DNA of 64,000 bases, from IMG/VR virus record IMGVR_UViG_3300007214_000006, one strand, 5' to 3'. A program made the position numbers and the translations under genes. Of this stretch, positions 10,114 to 21,584 are shown one piece after another. This stretch comes from a virus (Duplodnaviria > Caudoviricetes). Within the stretch, counting starts at the first letter, position 1. The number at the start of each line of letters is the position of its first letter. The notes beneath the pieces were generated by a model. It did no database searches. It was not told where the DNA came from and saw only the letters and a list, made by a program, of their open reading frames with translations.

Positions 10114-10837
10114 ACTAAATAAAAGAGCCAGATTTCATTACTGGAGTTGTTCTAGATTTGCTGATTGGATTAGAGGAACAAATAAACCTTTCGCATTAGG
10201 ACTAGAAGAGTGGGATACTTGGCGAAAAAATATTAAAAAACATAGCCCTTTCAGATATTGGCTTGCTGAAGAGGGATTGGATTTTTTGCAGGATATTGTG
10301 AACTTTCCACTGGACGTTTTCTATACCATAGAAATCTATGTGCGTAATCGTTATATTGATAAACTTCATTATATTCGCACTGGACTCAAGCCGGGGACTT
10401 ATTATGATCTGGATTGGAGAATTCTGAACGGTCTTTTTAATGAGTTGGTTCTTTTTGTGGAGAGCGAACAAGCCCATTTGATGAAAGCACACAAAGATAA
10501 ACAATATAAGTTTGTTAAAGGACGATGTAGGGAAGCAGGATTGGACTACCTAAAGTGGGCGGGTCAACAAAAATTGAATGAAGAATATGGCTTTAATCCA
10601 GATGATGAGGATTATAACAAACCAACAGCACAAGCAAAAGATTCAGTAAAGATTTTAGAACTTTACAATTGGTGGCTGGATCGTGAATATAGAGTTGACC
10701 CACACACTATCTATACAAAAGAAAAAGATGGAAAATACTATTATCGTAAAATAGCCAAGATGGAAGACGATTACGATAAAGAGGACACAAAAATGCTAGT
10801 TGAATTAGTTAAAATTAGGAGTTCACTATGGACTTGA
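10106..10837 (+). CDS. hypothetical phage protein
   Basis: 243 aa ORF coupled to both neighbours; no motif recognised. Confidence 0.7.
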   Translation: MLKLNKRARFHYWSCSRFADWIRGTNKPFALGLEEWDTWRKNIKKHSPFRYWLAEEGLDFLQDIVNFPLDVFYTIEIYVRNRYIDKLHYIRTGLKPGTYYDLDWRILNGLFNELVLFVESEQAHLMKAHKDKQYKFVKGRCREAGLDYLKWAGQQKLNEEYGFNPDDEDYNKPTAQAKDSVKILELYNWWLDREYRVDPHTIYTKEKDGKYYYRKIAKMEDDYDKEDTKMLVELVKIRSSLWT

Positions 10838-11959
10838 ACGATAGTTTTAATAAACCAGATCTAGAATATGATCTTCTTAATAACGAACGTATTGTAGCAA
10901 AGTGTGTTAATGGCCCACTCTACTGTAGAGATTTATACGGTGCTTTATGTAATAATCGTTTCTTTTATGGTGATAACGAATGGACTTGCTCATGGAGAAT
11001 GGCAGGAGCAATAATTGCGGATATACTAAAAAGTGGCGATTATATGGATTGGTATTGTTCTGGTAATGAAAGTGTTGTTACAGACGAAATTCGTCTTGAT
11101 TTGATGATGATGGGATGGACAGTCAAGCCTTATGAACCAAGATTAAAACCCGGAATTTATAGGAACGAATGGAAATGAAAAAGAAAACTACAAAAAAGAA
11201 GAAACCCATTAAACAAAAGATTGATATTGTTATAGATTCTTTAGTTAATCTTGAACAAAGAGTCAAAGAATTGATTAAAAGAGTAGAAGAGTTGGAACGA
11301 TTAAGTTTTGCACTATACTATAAAAATAGTGATAAAAAACAATATTGGCCCAATACTAATCCACCATTCAAATACGAAGGAATAATGTGGAACAAAGATG
11401 CAAATAGATATAACTAAAAACGAAGCATGGAAAATTATGGATGCACTACAGTCCTATAAGAAAGATTACGCCTTGACCGCACCAGTAATTAAAACTATAG
11501 ATAATATTACAAAGAAATTAAAAGAGATTACTAATGAAAGTAAATAATAAAGCACACGTTACTTTAAATGAAAATGATGTGAAGGATGCTATTATAAAGT
11601 ATCTCTATCAAAATCAAGGACTAAGTGGTATTTTTGATGTGCATTTCAAAATTGTAAATAAACCAATATTAACAAATCCCAGAGATTATATGGATCATTG
11701 GGTATTTGATGGTGCAGAAGTAACGGTGGACTTAAATGAAAAATGACAATATAAATTTTGTATTGATCTTGATAGCTTATTTTACTATCGGCTTACTATT
11801 ATCTGCTAATTATTATGCTAACAAGAATATTAAAACTATGAATAATTCTGTAAATAGATTAATTTTAACCGAGCTTATTTCTGAGCAACAACTCAAATTA
11901 TTGGACGATAGAATAGAAAACATTGAAAAACGATACTACAGAATTTCAAAAAACGATCT

Positions 11960-12934
11960 ATGAATAATACAATAGAAAAAATTCTTTTAGATCAAAAATA
12001 TACAGGATATAATCTTAATTTCTCTGTCAATAATTATGATTTTACAGACACAGAGAAAGTGCTATTTGAGTATGATCTAAACAATATACATTTTTTTATT
12101 CACCCTGAAGCATCCCAAGTTATAAAAATTAGAATAAATTATATATTGCCATATATACAAAAATATTTCTATTCTAAATCGCCAAACAAAAAAATTTCTT
12201 TTTTAGTTCACCTGGGAGACTCTAATCAAAAATATACAAACATAAATATACCAATTATTTCTTTTGCGAAAAAGAAATATCTGCCAGACATTCTAATTCC
12301 TAATGTCGATTTTTTTACTGGTCTATTTAAAACACTTTTAGGTCAAACAATTCATTATGATATAGAATTTGATCAAAAAATTACCGGCTCGTGTTTTGCT
12401 GGCAGTTCAACAGGACAGATGGAATGCAATAAAAGAATTCGGTATTGTTTATCTATGCAAAATAAGCCAAACACCTATGCTAAAATAACAAGTTTACTTC
12501 AGGGGTCATTAGATGAATGGTCTAAAATATTTCCCAATATAGTTAATATAATTGATCAAACTTATATGAGTATAGAAGATCAGCTAAAATATAAAGTATT
12601 AGTTAATATAGATGGAAATACTTTATGTTATAGTAGACTATATTGGCAGATACTATCGAACTCGATTCCTGTTTATATCGAACCAGACTCATCTTCTACT
12701 CAATTTTTTGATACCGATGAGATGAAAAAATATTATTTTATTTCTTCTATAGATGATACGACTAGTTTATATGAGTATATACTTAATAACAATCATCAAG
12801 AACAAATATTATTATCAAAACAAAAAGCAAAAATATATCTATACAATTGTTTTGATGATTACATGACGAATAGCGAAATATTTTTAAATAATATTTTTAC
12901 TTATATATTTGATAATCTATTAACCAACAATTGA
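11960..12934 (+). CDS. glycosyltransferase family 90 (CAP10/KDELC-like)
   Basis: EDQLKYKVLVNIDGNTLCYSRLYWQILSNSIPV matches the GT90 core. Confidence 0.75.
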   Translation: MNNTIEKILLDQKYTGYNLNFSVNNYDFTDTEKVLFEYDLNNIHFFIHPEASQVIKIRINYILPYIQKYFYSKSPNKKISFLVHLGDSNQKYTNINIPIISFAKKKYLPDILIPNVDFFTGLFKTLLGQTIHYDIEFDQKITGSCFAGSSTGQMECNKRIRYCLSMQNKPNTYAKITSLLQGSLDEWSKIFPNIVNIIDQTYMSIEDQLKYKVLVNIDGNTLCYSRLYWQILSNSIPVYIEPDSSSTQFFDTDEMKKYYFISSIDDTTSLYEYILNNNHQEQILLSKQKAKIYLYNCFDDYMTNSEIFLNNIFTYIFDNLLTNN

Positions 12935-13575
12935 TTATTATGTCACAAAATAATGAATTACCGATATTAGGAAATGCTATTAACGGTGATAATGAACCAT
13001 TTGGTGAAATCTATTTATTGGAATTTCCAGAATGGTATGAAATAGAATGAACGCATCTGTAGGTACATATATTATATTACTAATAGTTCTTCTATCACTA
13101 TTAATAATAATTTCTACACTGGCAGATATTTTATATTCAAACGAACATTATGAACCAAAAAAAGAACCAAATAAAAAAACCATTTTAAAATCTGACAAAT
13201 CGTTACAACAGTGGTTGGTAGACGAAAACTATCCAGTAATTCTTGAAGAGGATAACCTAGATGATACAGTTTGATGAATTTTTAAAAATCGTAGATCAAA
13301 CGTACAATAACCATGTTTTTGAATTAAGATATGGACAAACCGTTATGAATGTTCTAAATAAAATTTGGCCAGAAAAATATCATGAAATGACGACACTAGA
13401 ATATGACTGTTTTTATGATGACGGCTTGGTAAATCTAACTCTAGATAAATTGAAAAAAGAATGGACATAGATAAATTATATTAATGGCTTAATAAAAGAA
13501 AATAATCAATTAAAAAATAAAGAAGAACCTAAACCAAAAACGAAAAAGATCAATATTAATTGATTTTTTAAAGAT

Positions 13576-13604
13576 TTGACAACGTGCTGACGATAGGATA
13601 TACT
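13576..13604 (+). promoter_or_regulatory. sigma70-like promoter with CGAT spacer core
   Basis: TTGACA-acgtgctgacgatagga-TATACT. Confidence 0.75.
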
Positions 13605-14102
13605 AGGCTCAACCAAGGGAGATTCTATGAATACTATCACAGCACTGTCAATCATTCAAAATAGTTTGGAAGAAAAAGACCGATCAATTCGTGAAATTGA
13701 ACAAAAAAATGCTCAATTGACGAGAGTATTGTGTAATATACGCTCATCCTTGGAACGCAGTTTGAAGAACCATGCCCTACTTAATCAATCGGTATACGAC
13801 GCTATTGACCAGTGCAGGGCTAATTTTAAATACATGGACTACAGTTCTGGTCAAACTAAACAAGACCTTCCGCTAAACGAAAACGAAAAAAATCTACCAA
13901 TTTATGAGAAACAATAATAAGCATAAAAGATATATAAATAAAATAGGCTTCGAAAGAACATTACAATGCTTAATAGAGATTGTGGATGATTCTATATCAG
14001 ATCAACATATTGTTCCTATATGGAAACTTCGTCTTGTAGAAAGTCTTGAGCAGGCTTATGATGCTTATATGGATAAGGGTCAAGATGTTATGTGTGGAGT
14101 AA

Positions 14103-14726
14103 ATGATGCTTAATTGTAAAAAACAACCATATAATAGTGTTTGGGTTTGGGCGGATTCTCAGGAAGAATTGGGTCTAACATTTATGCGTTTTCAAGAACA
14201 CTATGAAAGTCCTAGTAAAGATTTTAAAGGCAAAATATTTACACAAGGTCAGTTAAGGCGTTGGTATTCCGAAACTTACGGCTCAAATTCTTATCATTTA
14301 CATTGGATAGGATTTAATATTCCTAGTAAAATTTTATCACCTTTTAAAGATGGATTATTTGATCCTCTAACAACAGAGGAACAAAGACTAATAGAATTAT
14401 TTAGATATCGTAACGATGATTTCTATATTATAGGAGCACAAAATAATAGCACCCTACGACACGAACTCGCCCATGCTTTATATGCTTCAAACATAAAATA
14501 CAAACAAGAAATAGACAAATTTTTATATAATAATAGGAACAAAATTAAACCTACAATAAAATATATACAAGATAAAGGCTATTGTGATGATGTATTATTT
14601 GACGAAATTCAAGCATACATTACAGATAATGATGATAATGAATTAATTAATATAACCTGTTCTGTTGTTTTGGCTGGTATAAACAAGATATTTAATAAAT
14701 ACAATACCGAGAAAGTAAAAAAATGA
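14103..14726 (+). CDS. putative zincin-type metallopeptidase
   Basis: HELAH (HExxH) with a downstream DEIQAY. Confidence 0.45.
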   Translation: MMLNCKKQPYNSVWVWADSQEELGLTFMRFQEHYESPSKDFKGKIFTQGQLRRWYSETYGSNSYHLHWIGFNIPSKILSPFKDGLFDPLTTEEQRLIELFRYRNDDFYIIGAQNNSTLRHELAHALYASNIKYKQEIDKFLYNNRNKIKPTIKYIQDKGYCDDVLFDEIQAYITDNDDNELINITCSVVLAGINKIFNKYNTEKVKK

Positions 14727-15179
14727 TGTGTAATGATAAAGACCAAACTATGTGCGATGAAGAAAAAAGTTACCATATTTGGGTAGCAAATAATTTAGAG
14801 TATATTAATTCAAATAAACAACACGTTAGCGTAATGAAAAAATTATATATGGAAGGGTTTGCTGCTGGATTTGAACACAAAAAACATTTTTTAGCACAAG
14901 AATACTTACAAAAATAATATATGTTCAAAATTACAGAAATTAAGAGTTGGGCCAAAACTTGGGGATATTCTATCATCAAAGAAAAAGACGACACAGAGAA
15001 TGGAGCAAGTTATTACTGGAGTAAAGATGATGATCCAAATGTTACTGGAGTTGCTTTGAGCGTAAGTAAAGTTGCAACCGCAATTTTTAACCATATGACT
15101 AATGATAAATACATAGATCATCAGCAACAATATCGAGAAAATCAAGAAACTAAAAAATTTACAACATCGGATTATTAAT

Positions 15180-15833
15180 ATGAATGTAAAATTAGTAAGC
15201 GTTACACCAGATGCAGAAAAAAATATAGCCTATTGTGCAAGAGTGAGTAATCCGAATAATCAAGACAATGATAATTATGCAAAACTTTTAAAGTATTGTA
15301 TAGACCATAAACATTGGTCGATTTTTGAAATGGCTTTTCTTACATTGGAAATTAATACCACAAGAGGTCTTGCTGCCCAAATACTTAGGCATAGGAGTTT
15401 TACTTTTCAAGAATTTAGTCAAAGATACGCCGATACCGGTTTGTTAGCAGAAGAAATACCAGTTTTTGAATTACGACGCCAAGACAATAAGAATAGACAA
15501 AATAGTATCGACGATATAGAGCAAGAGACGATAGTAAAATGGAATACTCAAATAAGAGAACATTTTTCTAAAGCCAAAGCAATTTATGATGGTATGATTA
15601 AAGATGGGGTAGCGAAAGAATGTGCAAGATTTGTTTTACCATTGGCTACTCCTACGCGACTTTATATGAGCGGAAGTTTAAGATCGTGGATAACTTATAT
15701 CGCATTAAGAGAAAAACATGGAACTCAAAAAGAACACATTACAATAGCAAAAAAATGTAAACAGATTTTTATTGAACAGTTTCCAATTATAGGAGCATCT
15801 TTAGGAGGTCTTGAAAAAGATTGGATTATATGA
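15180..15833 (+). CDS. thyX: FAD-dependent thymidylate synthase
   Basis: RHRSFTFQEFSQRY motif; HWSIFE; KECARFVLP. Confidence 0.95.
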   Translation: MNVKLVSVTPDAEKNIAYCARVSNPNNQDNDNYAKLLKYCIDHKHWSIFEMAFLTLEINTTRGLAAQILRHRSFTFQEFSQRYADTGLLAEEIPVFELRRQDNKNRQNSIDDIEQETIVKWNTQIREHFSKAKAIYDGMIKDGVAKECARFVLPLATPTRLYMSGSLRSWITYIALREKHGTQKEHITIAKKCKQIFIEQFPIIGASLGGLEKDWII

Positions 15834-16007
15834 AATTATTTAATATAACAGCACAGGTATATAAAAATACTGACAAAAGTAAACAAACTATACTTTTTAA
15901 TCAAATATTTAATGGATTCTCATCTGATAATGCAATCGAAAATTTTAAATTACATTTCCCTAATATCGAATACACTTTAGTAAAAATTTATAGTTCAGAA
16001 GAAATAG

Positions 16008-16637
16008 ATGATAAATATTCTGGTCAGACTTCATGAAAATATAGATAAGTTTGATAAAACTATTAATAGCATTTTTAATCAAACATATCAACACTATAAA
16101 ATTATAGTGTCCGTAGATAATCTAGAATTATTTTTATCTATCCGATCAAAATATCCTAGATGTAAATTTATTTATATTGATTCATCGGGGCTTGATCCAG
16201 GAAATAAAACCCAGGAAATAGATTCTAATTGCACTAATAGTAATAAAAATATATACGGCAAATTATTTATTCCAAATATTTATTTTAATATACTTCATTA
16301 TTACTCACAAGATGGATATATATTATATTTAGACAATGGTGATGTTTTAACAAGTAGTTCTATGTTTGAAGAATGTTCAGTTTTTTTTGCGAATAAAGAA
16401 AATATTATTTGGCAAATCATAACCAAAAACTATGAAATAAATCCATCAAATTGGCGTGGTTTTCCTATTTTATCAAATATAGACACTACAAATGTGATGT
16501 TTCACAAAGATTATATAGAAAATTGGTCTGGATATAGATGTGGCGATTTTAGAGTATATAAAGAGATATGCAAAAAAAATACCAATATATTTATTCCTAA
16601 AGTTTTTGTTGAAAAAGATCATGACGATATCCTTTAA
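16008..16637 (+). CDS. GT2-like glycosyltransferase
   Basis: SIFNQTY, IIVSVD, YILYLDNGD, IDT..VMFH. Confidence 0.6.
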   Translation: MINILVRLHENIDKFDKTINSIFNQTYQHYKIIVSVDNLELFLSIRSKYPRCKFIYIDSSGLDPGNKTQEIDSNCTNSNKNIYGKLFIPNIYFNILHYYSQDGYILYLDNGDVLTSSSMFEECSVFFANKENIIWQIITKNYEINPSNWRGFPILSNIDTTNVMFHKDYIENWSGYRCGDFRVYKEICKKNTNIFIPKVFVEKDHDDIL

Positions 16638-16646
16638 AGTTACGAG

Positions 16647-16674
16647 TTGACTTTTGACGATCTTGAGTTATAAT
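16647..16674 (+). promoter_or_regulatory. sigma70-like promoter with CGAT spacer core
   Basis: TTGACT-tttgacgatcttgagt-TATAAT; GGAGG SD; ATG 16696. Confidence 0.7.
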
Positions 16675-16695
16675 GGTGCTACCATCGGAGGTTTT

Positions 16696-17610
16696 ATGCG
16701 TTTTGGCTTGTGCTGTATCTCTTTGACTCTAAAAGAACAAGGTTTTAGTTTTCAGACTATGACCTACAAGCGTTTTTCTAGTTTGCCACGAGAAGAAGCA
16801 TTAGAGATCCTTGGTAGTAGAATTCATAATAATCTTATAACAACCGATAAGACTATAGAATTTTGTGCTGAACACAACTATGTTTATCGTGTCAGTAGTG
16901 ATATTTTCCCACTAATTACTTTTGATGAAGCCAATGTTTCTCTAGAAGATTTGCCTAACTATGACCTTATTCAGAATGAGTTTGACAATATTGAACAGAC
17001 TATCAAGAGAACCAGTGTTCGTGTTACTTGTCATCCTAGTGAATTTAATGTTCTTGCTTCGACTAATAGCAGAGCGGTGGATAAAACTATTACCGAACTA
17101 AATTTTTACAGTAGTTTCTTCGATAGAATCGGCTGCGAAGCAAACTATAATAATCCGATGAATCTTCATGTGCATAACAAAAATGGAACACACTCTGAAA
17201 TCATTGAAAGATTTATGCAAAATTTTAATCGTCTTGATCCTAATTGTAGGGCTAGATTGGTTATTGAGAATGATGACAAAATTAACTGCTGGAGTGTAGA
17301 CGAACTTGTTAATATATTTCATCCTGTTACCAATATTCCCATCACTTTTGATTATCTTCATCACAAATGCAATCCTAATGAATTAGATGAAGAAACAGCA
17401 CTTAAAATGTGTTACAATACATGGCATGGCTACAAGCCTCTTTTTCATTATAGTGAAAGTCGCCCAGGAAATAATCCAAGGGCTCATGCTGATTATACAG
17501 AAACTTCGTTTGAAACTTATGGATTAGATTTTGATGTTGATATGGAATTGAAAATGAAGGATTTGGCTATTGCCAATCACGAAGAACTAATAAAAGGAGT
17601 AATAGTATGA
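16696..17610 (+). CDS. uvsE: UV damage endonuclease
   Basis: MRFGLCC start, YRVSSDIFP, HPSEF, LVIENDD, FDYLHH, HYSES, HAD, MELKMKD. Confidence 0.92.
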   Translation: MRFGLCCISLTLKEQGFSFQTMTYKRFSSLPREEALEILGSRIHNNLITTDKTIEFCAEHNYVYRVSSDIFPLITFDEANVSLEDLPNYDLIQNEFDNIEQTIKRTSVRVTCHPSEFNVLASTNSRAVDKTITELNFYSSFFDRIGCEANYNNPMNLHVHNKNGTHSEIIERFMQNFNRLDPNCRARLVIENDDKINCWSVDELVNIFHPVTNIPITFDYLHHKCNPNELDEETALKMCYNTWHGYKPLFHYSESRPGNNPRAHADYTETSFETYGLDFDVDMELKMKDLAIANHEELIKGVIV

Positions 17611-17756
17611 GTGGTTGGTTAATAGCATTAACAGGTTGCATATACCTATATGTGGCTTTAGAACAATATATAATTCACCAAAATATTGGTATGCTTATCA
17701 CCTATATTGGTTACGCATTTGCAAATGTAGGACTATATATGCTAGCATCTAAATAA
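17607..17756 (+). CDS. small membrane protein (49 aa)
   Basis: Not in ORF track; MSGWLIALTGCIYLYVA...YAFANVGLYMLASK*; overlaps the uvsE stop. Confidence 0.55.
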   Translation: MSGWLIALTGCIYLYVALEQYIIHQNIGMLITYIGYAFANVGLYMLASK

Positions 17757-17901
17757 GGAATTTATTCTATGAAAGAGCCCAAAAGAATAAGACTAACGGA
17801 TTCTCCGCAAAATAAAACAGTTAATTTGACGCCTTTGCCATCAATTAAAGATTATCCAGATGGTATGGAGGATGATATTTATCATAGAACTTTGGAAAAT
17901 A

Positions 17902-18378
17902 ATGAAAATAATAACGAAAACAATTCGCAAAGCATACAACAATTGGAATCCGACGAGACTAATTAGATGCTACCATTATGCTGCGGCATTTGATGGTAAA
18001 AAGATGATAGCATTTAGTGCTAACAATCCAATTAAAACTAATGCAAGAGCATACAGAATTGGTGAACAATTTAATTTGCCTAAATATAAGGAATTCCCAT
18101 TTGTTCATGCTGAATCTCATCTTATTTCTAAACTGTTGGATAGGTATAATACCATTGATTCTAATTGGTCAATTGTTGTTATGCGTATTAATCGAAAGGG
18201 ACTAATTTTAGGAAGCAAGCCTTGCGATAATTGCAACAAAATATTACACGCTGTTGGATTAACTAATATATATTGGAGTGTTCTGGATAACGTATTTGAA
18301 AATAATGATGGGTGTATATTTCATGTGGATAAAACAATAATTAACCAATATGGGGCTTATGAGTATGTCACTGGATAA
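17902..18378 (+). CDS. cytidine/dCMP deaminase-like protein
   Basis: HAE and SKPCDNC zinc motifs. Confidence 0.8.
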   Translation: MKIITKTIRKAYNNWNPTRLIRCYHYAAAFDGKKMIAFSANNPIKTNARAYRIGEQFNLPKYKEFPFVHAESHLISKLLDRYNTIDSNWSIVVMRINRKGLILGSKPCDNCNKILHAVGLTNIYWSVLDNVFENNDGCIFHVDKTIINQYGAYEYVTG

Positions 18379-18720
18379 TTTATCTTCATTAGCAGCAATA
18401 TTTGCTACGATTGGTGGCGTTATAGTATCATTTTTGACTATGGCATTTGAGATTCACAAAAAGAATAAACTAAGTCTAGCAGCAGAAAAGAGAATAGAAT
18501 ATAAATTACGAATATATGAGATATTGATCGATGACACATTATCGTTTGATAGTATTGTTTCAAAATTTAATGCTAGTTCTCCATTCAAGCCAGTTGATCA
18601 AATAGAACTGAGAAAATGTATATACGAAATGATAGTAGAGGATAACATTGTGAGTTTTGACGATGGAACTTATACAGCAAATACCGCTTCGTCTGATGAA
18701 GAATAGTTAAAGATTCGTTA

Positions 18721-18748
18721 TTGACAACGCCGATGGTTGTGGTATAAT
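18721..18748 (+). promoter_or_regulatory. sigma70-like promoter with GCCGAT spacer core
   Basis: TTGACA-acgccgatggttgtgg-TATAAT. Confidence 0.8.
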
Positions 18749-18767
18749 CCAAGCAAAGGAGGATGCT

Positions 18768-18986
18768 ATGATCTGTATTTATTGTCAAAGTGTTATTCCG
18801 GCGGGACGAGCAGAATTTTTGATTGAAACTAACCGACGAGCAACTTGTCTTAGTTGTTCATCAGAATCAAAAGCAGTTGGATTTATGGATTGGGGACATA
18901 AAACTGCTCCTAGTCTTGTTATGGTTCCTAGTAATGCTACTCAAACAATTCGTATTCTTGATAGGGCTAACAGGAGGGCCAGATGA
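18768..18986 (+). CDS. DksA/TraR-type C4 zinc-finger protein
   Basis: CIYCQSVIPAGRAEFL...TCLSC resembles the CxxC-IP-R-L-CxxC finger. Confidence 0.55.
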   Translation: MICIYCQSVIPAGRAEFLIETNRRATCLSCSSESKAVGFMDWGHKTAPSLVMVPSNATQTIRILDRANRRAR

Positions 18987-19416
18987 ATAAAATGACTTGG
19001 CTTGATCTTTACAACTTTCTTTACGAAAGAGCAAACAATATTAATGCTATTGGTACTTTTGATTGGAATAAGCCAGTATTAGTTCACGATGCTGATACTG
19101 GAGACGAATTTGTTTGTGATACTTATTATATCAGTGACAATCGTGGAGATGATCGTTTGGTGCTAATCACTAACATCGAAAAAATATTTAATGAAAGTAA
19201 CACAAATGAATCTTGAAATCGAGAGTCTACTATTTAAACAAATTGATAAGCCTAAGCATCATCTTATGACAAAAATTATTAATGTGTGGGACAATCGTTA
19301 TAGAATAAATATTTATACAGAGATAGAAGAAGATAATCTAACTAAGCGTAAAATTCATAGTAGTTATTTTTGTCATTATAGTCCCGGCGAACTTAAAATA
19401 GTTGATGGAATAAAAA

Positions 19417-19821
19417 ATGAGCAAGCCTTGGATTCACGCAAAAAATAGTGCTAAGAAGTTTGGTGGACAACCAGAAGATTATATGAGTATTCATAATCTA
19501 ATGGATAGTAGTAAGGGTGTTATTGGAGACAACCGCCACCGAACACTCACCCATAACAGTTGGTTTATAAGTGCAGATGGCCCACTTGAAAAAATCTTTG
19601 GGCCGGTTATAATCAATAGTGATGGACGAGAAGTTAGTGTTCGTGATATTGGTGAACAGCATATTCTTGAGGATTTTGGGATGAAGTTTATTCCAACCGC
19701 TCAGGATTATTTACAAGAAATGGAAATTAAAAACTGGATGAATAATGGTAAGGAGGGTGTTCCTTCTTCCTTTAAGAAAATAGAGAAAACTAAAGTTAAA
19801 AAATTTATTAATCTAGATTGA
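19417..19821 (+). CDS. conserved phage protein (DUF6915-like)
   Basis: PWIHAKNSAKKFGG..EDY..IH..MDSSK...HR..TH. Confidence 0.65.
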   Translation: MSKPWIHAKNSAKKFGGQPEDYMSIHNLMDSSKGVIGDNRHRTLTHNSWFISADGPLEKIFGPVIINSDGREVSVRDIGEQHILEDFGMKFIPTAQDYLQEMEIKNWMNNGKEGVPSSFKKIEKTKVKKFINLD

Positions 19822-19828
19822 GGAAAAT

Positions 19829-20392
19829 ATGGTAAGCAAATCACTAGCAAAAAGGATGAGAGAACTTAATAGAGAGATGGATAAACTCCGTGATCAGATG
19901 ATTAAAGAAAGTAAAAAGACTTTTAAGACCGGAGTTAAGGAACTGTTTAACCAATATCCAGATCTAAATAGTTTCGCATGGGCTCAATATACTCCTTATT
20001 TTAATGATGGGAGCGAGTGTACCTTTGGTGCATATACGGAGTCTGTTTATATCAATGGAGATAGTGAGTCTGTTTATCCTTGCGAAATGGAAACTTTGCT
20101 AGATCATGTGAACAACAAAGAAAAAACCATAAAGAAACTTCTTAAAGAAATTGAAGATAGTAAAAATGACAAGTATGAATCGTCTTGGCGTAAAGAATAT
20201 AATGAAGCAAAAATTAAAGAAATAGAAGAGGCCGATCCAGACGAAATAAAAGAACAGACCAAAATGGTTAGAGATATTGTTGATTTTCTTCAGTTAATCA
20301 ACAGCGATACTCTGCGAGATATGTTTGGTGATCATGTTATGGTTACTGTCTCTAGAGATGGAATAGAAACAGAAGAATATGAGCATGACTAA
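19829..20392 (+). CDS. hypothetical phage protein
   Basis: WAQYTPYFNDG..C.F and FGDHV segments; coiled-coil-like N-terminus. Confidence 0.6.
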   Translation: MVSKSLAKRMRELNREMDKLRDQMIKESKKTFKTGVKELFNQYPDLNSFAWAQYTPYFNDGSECTFGAYTESVYINGDSESVYPCEMETLLDHVNNKEKTIKKLLKEIEDSKNDKYESSWRKEYNEAKIKEIEEADPDEIKEQTKMVRDIVDFLQLINSDTLRDMFGDHVMVTVSRDGIETEEYEHD

Positions 20393-20826
20393 TGGACGCT
20401 GAACTACAAAACAAACTTTATGAAAAATATCCTCAGTTCTTTACTAATAAAGATAAAGGTATACAGTATAGTTGTATGGCATGGGGGTGCGACTGCAATA
20501 ATGGGTGGTACGAAATATTAGCATCTCTTTGTTGGATGATAAAACAGCACGAAAATAATAAAGCATGGACAAAAAAATATCTTGAAGAAAACGATCCAGA
20601 AAAACTTAAACAAGAACCAGAGTATTTTCCTGTAAAATTTGATCAGATAAAAGAAAAGTATGGTGGATTAAGAGTCTATTTTAGTGGTGGCGACGATTAT
20701 GTAGAGGGATTGGTAAGCATGGCAGAAGCAATTTCATACAAAATTTGTGAAGTTTGTGGAAATAAAGGAGAACCAAATAAGGGTGGTTGGATTACAACTC
20801 TTTGTGAGGCTCATAGAAATTCTTAA
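20392..20826 (+). CDS. hypothetical phage protein with C-terminal Zn finger
   Basis: QIKEKYGGLRVY; CEVCG...TLC..H. Confidence 0.6.
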   Translation: MDAELQNKLYEKYPQFFTNKDKGIQYSCMAWGCDCNNGWYEILASLCWMIKQHENNKAWTKKYLEENDPEKLKQEPEYFPVKFDQIKEKYGGLRVYFSGGDDYVEGLVSMAEAISYKICEVCGNKGEPNKGGWITTLCEAHRNS

Positions 20827-20836
20827 AGAAACCCTC

Positions 20837-20864
20837 TTGACAAGACCGATTAGTATGCTATACT
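20837..20864 (+). promoter_or_regulatory. sigma70-like promoter with CCGAT spacer core
   Basis: TTGACA-agaccgattagtatgc-TATACT. Confidence 0.8.
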
Positions 20865-20900
20865 TAGAACGTATCCACTACTCAATCACAGGAGACAGCG

Positions 20901-21311
20901 ATGCCAAAAGGTAAAAAGACTTGTCCGAAATGTTCCAACGAAACAGGCCCGCGTGCCTATTGTTGCTCAAAATGCAACTATGTTTTTGTGTTCAAGCCCA
21001 AAAGCAAAGAGGCCAAAAACACTAAGATTATCCATAATATCAATTGGCGTGAACTAGTGAAAGGAGATAGAATAAAGGTTGGTGGTGGCCCATATTTTGT
21101 AAGCAAAGGTGAATTTATTCCTATGGGGTACAGAGGTCGCTTTGTTGTGGAAGGTCTTGATAAGAATGGAATTCTTGCTTGGGGACTTGACAAGAGCCAA
21201 GGTTTTTGCCATATTTATATGGGCGGGGATATTCAGAACAAAGAAACCGGTGTTTGGAAAACCAAGCATAAGTTGATTAAACTCAAGCAAAGAGAACCAG
21301 CAAATGTCTAA
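20901..21311 (+). CDS. Zn-ribbon protein
   Basis: CPKC...CSKC at the N-terminus; first gene behind an early promoter. Confidence 0.6.
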   Translation: MPKGKKTCPKCSNETGPRAYCCSKCNYVFVFKPKSKEAKNTKIIHNINWRELVKGDRIKVGGGPYFVSKGEFIPMGYRGRFVVEGLDKNGILAWGLDKSQGFCHIYMGGDIQNKETGVWKTKHKLIKLKQREPANV

Positions 21312-21584
21312 ACAAGATAGTCTCAATAAACTATTGGATTATAGAAATCAAATAGAACAGATATTGACCAATATAGATGCTGTTATGATGGTAGATTTCT
21401 CGGACGAATATTCTGTTGCTTATGAGCATTGGCTTCCTCAAATTAAAACAGCACTAAGAGATAATACGCGATGGTTGTCTAGAGGGCCATATAGCATGGA
21501 TTATACAATCAAGCGTATAGATGATAAAATCAATGGATCCAATGATAAAGGTGTAAGTAAATATATCAATTAATTGGAGAAAAA

